A stretch of DNA of 4,227 nt from a virus (lineage: Duplodnaviria; Heunggongvirae; Uroviricota; Caudoviricetes), in the IMG/VR virus record IMGVR_UViG_2554235189_000008, one strand, 5' to 3'. Under the pieces are notes generated by a model that did no database searches, was not told the origin of the DNA, and saw nothing but the letters and a program-made list of their open reading frames with translations. Shown here piece after piece: positions 1 through 4,227 of this stretch (position 1 is the stretch's first letter; each line of letters begins with the position of its first letter). The position numbers and the translations under genes are program-made.

Positions 1-19
1 GGATTCCCGGGGCGGTTCA
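1..19 (-). mobile_element. Terminal inverted repeat (left end) of an IS3-family insertion sequence, IS629/IS1203-like; the element body lies outside the window to the left
   Basis: Reverse complement of 1-19 is TGAACCGCCCCGGGAATCC, an 18/20 inverted match to 4168-4187. It starts with TG as IS3-family termini do, and the lambda-like O reading frame breaks exactly at 19/20. The IS629 name is from memory. Confidence 0.6.
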
Positions 20-223
20 GTCCATTGGTTTATTCCACCCATAGGTTTTACGCAGAATGGCAAGCAGCACTTTAAACTGTCGCTTGGTCAGATCTGCGCC
101 TGAATAAGCCTCAATCAGCATATTTGATAGTCTGGCGTAACCATCATCGAGATCTGCCACATTACGCTCCTGTTCGGCAAAGTTACCTCTGCCGAAGTTG
201 AGTATTTTTGCTGTATTTGTCAT
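17..223 (-). pseudogene. O: Replication initiator O, N-terminal 68 codons only, truncated by the IS insertion
   Basis: Translation MTNTAKILNFGRGNFAEQERNVADLDDGYARLSNMLIEAYSGADLTKRQFKVLLAILRKTYGWNKPMD matches my memory of the lambda O N-terminus almost residue for residue. The in-frame stop (revcomp of 17-19) is supplied by the IS terminus TGA. No ori or O C-terminal domain is present. Confidence 0.8.
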
Positions 224-226
224 AAT
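198..226 (+). promoter_or_regulatory. PO-like promoter for oop RNA (-35 TTGAGT 198-203, 17-nt spacer, -10 CATAAT 221-226)
   Basis: Sigma70-like hexamers with 17-nt spacing just upstream of the oop-like transcript, antisense inside the 5' end of O as in lambda. Confidence 0.4.
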
Positions 227-233
227 GACTCCT

Positions 234-309
234 GTGGATTGATCCAGTAATTCCCTCAGAATTCCATCTGGATTTGTTCAGAACGCTCGGTTGCCGCCGG
301 GCGTTTTTT
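234..309 (+). ncRNA. oop: oop-like antisense RNA (antisense to the 3' end of cII)
   Basis: Plus-strand sequence GATCCAGTAAT...CCATCTGGATTTGTTCAGAACGCTCGGTTGCCGCCGGGCGTTTTTTATT is close to the lambda oop/t0 region as I recall it. It ends in a GC-rich hairpin plus T6 and lies in the cII-O junction overlapping the cII 3' end. Confidence 0.55.
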
Positions 310-552
310 ATTGGTGATTCCATCAAGCGCATACTTAAAAGCCCTGCTAATCGGACTGATGTCTGATGCCATTCCGAAAGCACACAGGACCGAAGCAATA
401 AACCGCCAGTCCGTTCTGCTTATCTTCGATTCATGACAGCCAATCATCTTTGCCAGACCGCGCTGGGTAAGCGTTGACAGGTTGATGAGTAAATCAGTTT
501 CAGCGCGATCAATTTCTCGCTGTGATAGTTTGCTGTAACTTGTTTGTTCCAT
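256..552 (-). CDS. cII: cII-like transcriptional activator (mosaic: C-terminus matches lambda cII, N-terminal two-thirds diverged)
   Basis: 98-aa ORF. C-terminal ...TNKKRPAATERSEQIQMEF is identical to the lambda cII C-terminus as I recall it. Position between cro and O is syntenic with lambda. Confidence 0.85.
   Translation of the reverse strand: MEQTSYSKLSQREIDRAETDLLINLSTLTQRGLAKMIGCHESKISRTDWRFIASVLCAFGMASDISPISRAFKYALDGITNKKRPAATERSEQIQMEF
284..309 (+). terminator. Rho-independent terminator (oop terminator, lambda t0-like)
   Basis: Stem CGCTCGG (284-290) / CCGGGCG (297-303) with one G-U pair, loop TTGCCG, followed by TTTTTT (304-309). Confidence 0.7.
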
Positions 553-562
553 TTCTTAAGAT
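530..562 (+). promoter_or_regulatory. Possible PRE-like cII-activated promoter (TTGC-N6-TTGT at 530-543, -10-like TAAGAT at 556-561)
   Basis: TTGC N6 TTGT resembles the lambda cII recognition repeat TTGC-N6-TTGC flanking a -35. It sits at the cII 5' end and is oriented toward cro/cI as PRE is in lambda. Weak. Confidence 0.3.
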
Positions 563-637
563 TTCCAATAGTGAATAGCTAGTTGAAAGGTATGCGTGGA
601 AACGCATATGGCCTTAGTTGGTCAGATATATTGGGAC

Positions 638-652
638 TCGCTTTGTCAGCGA
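638..652 (-). promoter_or_regulatory. nutR boxB-like RNA hairpin (minus-strand transcript 5'-UCGCU GACAA AGCGA-3')
   Basis: 5-bp stem with pentaloop GACAA, between cro and cII on the PR transcript. The 13-nt core CGCTGACAAAGCG is identical to the hairpin upstream of N at 3594-3606. Confidence 0.45.
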
Positions 653-690
653 CGTAGGACGAATGTCCATTGTGAAAATAGCGGTGTTAC

Positions 691-924
691 TTATGCAGCC
701 GATGCTCTACGCGATACGAACACTAGGTTTTCCTTTTTCACAGGTTTATAACCCGTGAAATTACGAGTAGCTTCTTCGATTGCATTCGCTTTATCAGGGG
801 AAGCTCTTCGAAATCCATATGCAATCTGGTCAAGATAGCCAACTGAAGTTTTCGCTAATGCGGCGAGTCGCTTCCATTCCTCACTAGAAGCCTCTTTTCG
901 CCAGCGTAGTAGTTCATTACTCAT
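691..924 (-). CDS. cro: Cro-like HTH repressor, divergent from cI
   Basis: 77-aa ORF transcribed divergently from cI across the operator region. SD GGAGG (revcomp of 931-935) lies 6 nt before the ATG. Probable HTH in ...TSVGYLDQIAYGFRRASPDKANAIEEAT... Confidence 0.75.
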   Translation of the reverse strand: MSNELLRWRKEASSEEWKRLAALAKTSVGYLDQIAYGFRRASPDKANAIEEATRNFTGYKPVKKENLVFVSRRASAA

Positions 925-935
925 TAGTGCCTCCG

Positions 936-1019
936 TTTATCACACAGAACAACTTTACCATTTTGATAAATCAACCGCAATGTAAATTTATCATATTGCG
1001 TATTTATCCATTTGCTAAA
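936..1019. promoter_or_regulatory. OR operator region: four 17-bp sites built on TTTATC-N5-GATAAA half-sites (936-952, 954-970, 987-1003, 1003-1019)
   Basis: Read directly: TTTATCACACAGAACAA, TTTACCATTTTGATAAA, TTTATCATATTGCGTAT, TTTATCCATTTGCTAAA at roughly 17-bp periodicity between the divergent cro and cI starts. Confidence 0.6.
952..980 (-). promoter_or_regulatory. PR-like promoter toward cro (-35 TTGCGG = revcomp 975-980, 17-nt spacer, -10 TAAAGT = revcomp 952-957)
   Basis: Sigma70-like hexamers with 17-bp spacing on the minus strand, overlapping operator sites 936-952 and 954-970, about 25 nt upstream of the cro SD. Confidence 0.45.
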
Positions 1020-1037
1020 TAGAGGGAAAATTGTGAG

Positions 1038-1742
1038 ATGGAAAACAAAGATATTCGCAAATCGAATCTGGCGTTTTTGCTAGATGAGCATAAAAAAATC
1101 GCGGGTAACACTAATGCAAGCTTTGCCGATAAGCTTGGGGTTAGCCCTTCTCAACTCACGCAAGTCTCCGGTGAAAAAAGCACTCGAAACATAGGGGATA
1201 AACTAGCAAGAAAATTTGAAGCCGCGCTTGGGTTACCTAATGGGTGGCTTGATTTGGTACATGATGTAACACCAATTGCATCATGCTCAGATTCTTTAAC
1301 TTTTGTCGGTCAGGTAAGAAAAGGGTTAGTGCGCGTGGTTGGTGAGGCAATTCTTGGTGTTGATGGTGCCATCGAGATGACCGAAGAGCGCGATGGGTGG
1401 CTCAAAATTTATAGCGATGATCCAGATGCCTTTGGTCTTCGTGTGAAAGGAGACAGCATGTGGCCCAGAATAAAATCAGGAGAATATGTACTCATTGAGC
1501 CTAACACCAAAGTATTCCCGGGTGATGAGGTGTTTGTCAGAACCGTTGAAGGACACAACATGATTAAGGTTCTTGGCTATGACAGAGATGGAGAATACCA
1601 ATTTACAAGCATTAACCAGGATCACAGGCCTATAACGTTGCCTTATCATCAAGTAGCAAAGGTGGAGTATGTAGCTGGTATTCTGAAGCAATCTCGCCAT
1701 CTGGATGACATCGAGGCAAGGGAGTGGCTGAAAAGTTCGTGA
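1038..1742 (+). CDS. cI: CI-type prophage repressor, N-terminal HTH plus C-terminal S24 (LexA-like) autopeptidase domain
   Basis: 234-aa ORF. HTH-like segment ASFADKLGVSPSQLTQVSG, and the S24 catalytic-serine motif GDSMWP with a downstream Lys (MIKVL). Divergent from cro across the operators. Confidence 0.9.
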   Translation: MENKDIRKSNLAFLLDEHKKIAGNTNASFADKLGVSPSQLTQVSGEKSTRNIGDKLARKFEAALGLPNGWLDLVHDVTPIASCSDSLTFVGQVRKGLVRVVGEAILGVDGAIEMTEERDGWLKIYSDDPDAFGLRVKGDSMWPRIKSGEYVLIEPNTKVFPGDEVFVRTVEGHNMIKVLGYDRDGEYQFTSINQDHRPITLPYHQVAKVEYVAGILKQSRHLDDIEAREWLKSS

Positions 1743-1802
1743 CTTCATCGTCACATAGCTGGTAACCAGTGGCCAGAAGAAACGTTTGGGTGAGGAGGAT
1801 AG

Positions 1803-2144
1803 ATGGCGTTCACTGACCTTGAATATCAAGCGGTCAAAAAAGAAGTTCACCAATTCATTGAAAGCATAAGGCCGCCTGAACATATCCGCAATGAACTGGA
1901 TATTGTTTATAGCATCAATGACCAAACGATAGATATCGGCGAACAGCGCCCCGTGTGGCAGGGCAACCCAGGTGAAACAAACATCCTGCCATCAGCAAGA
2001 ATCAAGTACATACGTTCTCTGGATAGATGGAAAATCTATTGGATGCGGAAGGATATGAAATGGCATCAGTACAGTACTGAACTTTCGCTGACTGATGCGC
2101 TTGAGCTTGTGCGTGCTGACCCGGATTGCTGCTTCTTCGGATGA
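1803..2144 (+). CDS. Hypothetical protein (113 aa), first gene of the cI-downstream accessory cassette
   Basis: Strong SD GAGGAGG (1792-1798) 4 nt before ATG 1803. Co-directional with cI, 60-bp gap after the cI stop. Trp-rich C-terminal half and a terminal DPDCCFFG. I cannot assign a family. Confidence 0.75.
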   Translation: MAFTDLEYQAVKKEVHQFIESIRPPEHIRNELDIVYSINDQTIDIGEQRPVWQGNPGETNILPSARIKYIRSLDRWKIYWMRKDMKWHQYSTELSLTDALELVRADPDCCFFG

Positions 2145-2214
2145 GTGAAGAGACGTTTGGATGATGGATGATCGCAGAGATGCTCGTAGAGCATACAGCG
2201 ATGCAGGAGAATTT

Positions 2215-2649
2215 ATGGCACTTAATTTAGAAAGAATATCTTTTATAACCCCATTTGATAGCAGCGAAGAACCCAACCAACCGACGCTTAATTTTACATG
2301 CAATGAATTTCCTGCGCGGCTATCAATTGATTTCAGGGTTGGTATGATCGGGTTGAAACCAAATTCAAGATATAATTTGGGTATTATGGTAATCCCCGCG
2401 CACCTAATTATAAAAAAAGGTGAGGAAATTCAATTCCCTGACGGCTCTTCGGAATCAGTTTCACTTTTCATCGATACGAAAGATAGCCATTTTGAAACAG
2501 GGGTTGGCGGACAGGTAATAGTAACATTGAAAGAAATTAGGGTCCCAGCTAAAGGGCTGTATAGTGTTATAGGGATATTGCAAGATAATGAAGACCCTAA
2601 AAATGAACTTCATAAAAATGAATCATTTTTCACCGTAGAGCTATTATGA
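2215..2649 (+). CDS. Hypothetical protein (144 aa from ATG 2215; the longest ORF starts at 2161 and gives 162 aa), second gene of the accessory cassette
   Basis: ATG 2215 is preceded by AGGAG (2205-2209) at 5-nt spacing; ATG 2161 has no good SD. The stop TGA (2647-2649) overlaps the next gene's ATG (2646-2648). No recognisable motif. Confidence 0.7.
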   Translation: MALNLERISFITPFDSSEEPNQPTLNFTCNEFPARLSIDFRVGMIGLKPNSRYNLGIMVIPAHLIIKKGEEIQFPDGSSESVSLFIDTKDSHFETGVGGQVIVTLKEIRVPAKGLYSVIGILQDNEDPKNELHKNESFFTVELL

Positions 2650-3266
2650 GTGACGACAGTAATTTAAATAATCATGGAAAGCAAGACACCAACATATCTG
2701 AAAGCCGGAGGTTGAAGGTTGTTGGCGGTTCCGATTTTGAGGCTGAATTTGATAATTCTCCCACCAAGGTGCAAAATAATTACATAAAACCGCCACAAAC
2801 GGAGGAAGAAGTGGGAACGATCAGCAGAGAGGAACTTGATGCTCGCTTAGCTGCTAATAAAGCAGAGATGGAGTCTATTGCTTCTTCCATTAGGGCTGAC
2901 ATGGCTCTATCTCGTGAAAGCGTTAATGTCCAATTTGCATCACTTAATGCAGCCATAAGCTCTCTATCGTCCAAGATCGATGGAAAGATGGATAGCGCTG
3001 CTGGCGATATAAAAGCAATTAATGGGAGATTCGAAGGAATTCAAGGACAAATAACAGGGGTTAATACCGCAATTAGTGGTGTTCAGTCGGGTATTTCTAT
3101 ACGATTAGCCATTTTTAGTGTCATTATCGCTGTAATAGTTGCGATTCCCGGGCTGGTATCAGCTTTAAAGTCAGACCACGCACCTTTGCAACAGCCTTCC
3201 ACTTTGCAAGCGCCGCCACAAAATACCCAGCCAACAGACAACAAAAAAACCACTCCCCAGCATTAA
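2646..3266 (+). CDS. Hypothetical membrane-anchored protein (206 aa): N-terminal soluble region with predicted coiled-coil character, one C-terminal TM helix, Pro/Gln-rich tail
   Basis: Single hydrophobic stretch IRLAIFSVIIAVIVAIPGLVSAL (about residues 152-173, nt ~3100-3165). Preceding Ala/Ser/Ile-rich heptad-like sequence. ATGA start/stop overlap with the upstream gene. Confidence 0.75.
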   Translation: MSDDSNLNNHGKQDTNISESRRLKVVGGSDFEAEFDNSPTKVQNNYIKPPQTEEEVGTISREELDARLAANKAEMESIASSIRADMALSRESVNVQFASLNAAISSLSSKIDGKMDSAAGDIKAINGRFEGIQGQITGVNTAISGVQSGISIRLAIFSVIIAVIVAIPGLVSALKSDHAPLQQPSTLQAPPQNTQPTDNKKTTPQH

Positions 3267-3272
3267 CGCATT

Positions 3273-3300
3273 AACCCGGCCTCAGCGCCGGGTTTTCTTT
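3273..3300 (+). terminator. Rho-independent terminator ending the cI/accessory operon
   Basis: AACCCGGC (3273-3280), loop CTCAGC, GCCGGGTT (3287-3294), then TTTTCTTT through 3300. It starts 7 nt after the stop of the last cassette gene. Confidence 0.7.
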
Positions 3301-3404
3301 GCCTCACGATCCCCACACCTAAAAACACATAACCAATTGTATTTGTTGAAAAATAAATAGATACAACTTGCTAAACAACGCAATCCAGATCTCCCTCAAA
3401 TCTC

Positions 3405-3530
3405 TTTATTTATCCTGTCGAATTCCTACAACAAAATAAAACACCATAAGAATCAATACGATATTTGAAAACCAAGAGAATTTATCATTTTGCTATTGCC
3501 ATTAATTTATCATTCCGATAAAGTTCACCC
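3405..3530 (+). promoter_or_regulatory. OL/PL-like region: TTTATC operator sites (3409-3414; 17-mers 3481-3497 and 3506-3522) and PL-like promoter (-35 TTGCCA 3496-3501, 17-nt spacer, -10 TAAAGT 3519-3524)
   Basis: Site 3506-3522 TTTATCATTCCGATAAA is a perfect inverted repeat of the half-site seen in OR and overlaps the -10. The same -10 hexamer TAAAGT is used by the PR candidate. Confidence 0.45.
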
Positions 3531-3592
3531 ATCAGCAGGACGCACTACTCACCAGGGCGGTGAATATACAACGATTCGAATATGAATCTACG

Positions 3593-3607
3593 GCGCTGAC
3601 AAAGCGC
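3593..3607 (+). promoter_or_regulatory. nutL boxB-like RNA hairpin (5'-GCGCU GACAA AGCGC-3')
   Basis: 5-bp stem plus GACAA pentaloop about 60 nt downstream of the PL candidate and upstream of N. Core identical to the nutR candidate at 639-651. Confidence 0.45.
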
Positions 3608-3618
3608 AATAACCAAAG

Positions 3619-3759
3619 TGAACTTTGGGGTGTGGTGAAGGGTTCATGGACGGGAATATGTCGCACGTAAAGCGGCGAGGCCTGTAGGACTATTGCCGAA
3701 TTGAAGTAGGCCGAAACAGGTCGAAATGGGTCTCCCACCTACCACACCACCAAAGTTCA
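3619..3759 (+). ncRNA. Structured leader element upstream of N: 18-bp long-range stem (3619-3636 with 3741-3759, one bulged A at 3749) enclosing about 104 nt
   Basis: Revcomp of 3619-3628 (TGAACTTTGG) equals 3750-3759 (CCAAAGTTCA); revcomp of 3629-3635 (GGTGTGG) equals 3742-3748 (CCACACC). The 3' arm ends 3 nt before the N SD AGGAGG (3762-3767). Confidence 0.45.
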
Positions 3760-3772
3760 TCAGGAGGTCTAT

Positions 3773-4156
3773 ATGACACGCAGAACTCAGTTCAAAGGCA
3801 ATTCACATTCTCGTCGTCGTGAGCGTTTAAAGGCAAAGGCATTAGCTAACGGCGTGCTGGCCCGCGAAGAAGCAATAAGTTCAGAAGTATTACACCGCCC
3901 TACTCTAAGCAGAGCGCAGATTCAGGCTAAAGGTACTCACGAAACGCCTGAGCGCATAGAAGACGCTAAGCCAATTAAGTTCATGGCACAGGACGTGATC
4001 TGGCAGCAGAAAGAATACAGACGCAATCTGGAGCGAGCGGCCATTGTGTACGCGAATGAGTTTGGACATAAGCAACCAGAAACTGGTGTATGTCTTCCAA
4101 ACGTAGCCATTTACGCTGCAGGCTACCGGAAATCCAAACAACTGACAGCAAGATAA
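3773..4156 (+). CDS. N: N-like transcription antitermination protein (127 aa)
   Basis: N-terminal arginine-rich motif GNSHSRRRERLKAKALANG resembles the lambda N ARM (QTRRRERRAEKQAQW). Position downstream of OL/PL and a boxB hairpin. SD AGGAGG 5 nt before the ATG. From memory the sequence resembles N of H-19B/933W-type phages. Confidence 0.75.
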   Translation: MTRRTQFKGNSHSRRRERLKAKALANGVLAREEAISSEVLHRPTLSRAQIQAKGTHETPERIEDAKPIKFMAQDVIWQQKEYRRNLERAAIVYANEFGHKQPETGVCLPNVAIYAAGYRKSKQLTAR

Positions 4157-4168
4157 CTTGTGTTGGTC

Positions 4169-4227
4169 TGAACCGCCCCGGGTTTCCTGGAGAGTGTTTT
4201 ATCTGTGAACTCAGGCTGCCAGATCAT
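4169..4227 (-). mobile_element. Right end of an IS3-family insertion sequence (IS629/IS1203-like): terminal inverted repeat plus the last codons of its transposase on the minus strand; the element continues beyond the window
   Basis: 4169-4193 TGAACCGCCCCGGGTTTCCTGGAGA is the inverted partner of 1-19. The minus strand reads ...GAT GAT CTG GCA GCC TGA (stop = revcomp of 4211-4213), matching my recollection of the IS629 orfB 3' end. Confidence 0.65.

Noticed and set aside
183-398. 71-aa minus-strand ORF spanning the O-cII junction
   Set aside because: Overlaps the frames of O and cII, both recognisable, and covers the oop terminator; most likely a spurious alternative frame.
936-1019. Possible CRISPR-like or tandem-repeat array suggested by the recurring TTTATC units
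   Set aside because: Only 4-5 short degenerate units at 17-bp spacing between divergent repressor genes and no unique spacers; this is an operator array, not a CRISPR or satellite repeat.
1476-1925. 149-aa minus-strand ORF
   Set aside because: Entirely antisense to the well-supported cI 3' end and the start of the first cassette gene; no RBS and a low-complexity, Phe/Ile-rich translation typical of antisense frames.
1992-2303. 103-aa minus-strand ORF
   Set aside because: Antisense to the first two cassette genes, which have proper RBSs and operon context; no independent support.
2780-2974. 64-aa minus-strand ORF
   Set aside because: Lies inside and antisense to the 206-aa membrane-protein gene; no start-site signals.
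3532-3738. 68-aa minus-strand ORF in the PL-N interval
   Set aside because: Coincides with the structured N leader and boxB hairpin; the open frame is more plausibly a by-product of GC-rich RNA structure. No SD, and it would be transcribed against PL.
3637-3740. tRNA-like or riboswitch-like RNA gene inside the N leader
   Set aside because: No cloverleaf with anticodon arm or T-loop consensus (GTTCRANYC) could be drawn and no riboswitch consensus was recognised; treated as part of the structured leader.
3905-4141. 78-aa minus-strand ORF
   Set aside because: Antisense within the N gene, whose arginine-rich motif, RBS and position support the plus-strand reading.
1-4193. Reading the terminal inverted repeats as the two ends of one transposon carrying the whole window as cargo
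   Set aside because: The repeats face outward: the transposase 3' end is read at 4211-4227 heading out of the window, and the left terminus adjoins O sequence at 20. The window is therefore flanked by IS copies rather than contained in one; a composite-transposon relationship cannot be judged without flanking sequence.

Overview
This window is the immunity region of a mosaic lambdoid prophage, bounded at both edges by outward-facing termini of an IS3-family insertion sequence (IS629-like, identified from memory). In window orientation: IS end (1-19) | truncated O' (-) | oop antisense RNA and its terminator (+) | cII (-) | nutR boxB | cro-like (-) | OR operators with PR/PRM | cI-type S24 repressor (+) | three co-directional accessory genes of unknown function (1803-3266, +) | terminator | OL/PL operators | long structured leader with nutL boxB | N antiterminator (+) | IS end (4169-4227). 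The candidate undescribed system is the three-gene cassette immediately downstream of cI, the position that rexA-rexB occupy in lambda. It appears AT-richer than its neighbours by eye, its last two genes overlap start-to-stop, and its last product is a coiled-coil protein with one C-terminal transmembrane helix. All similarity statements are recollection from reading the translations; no searches or computations were run.
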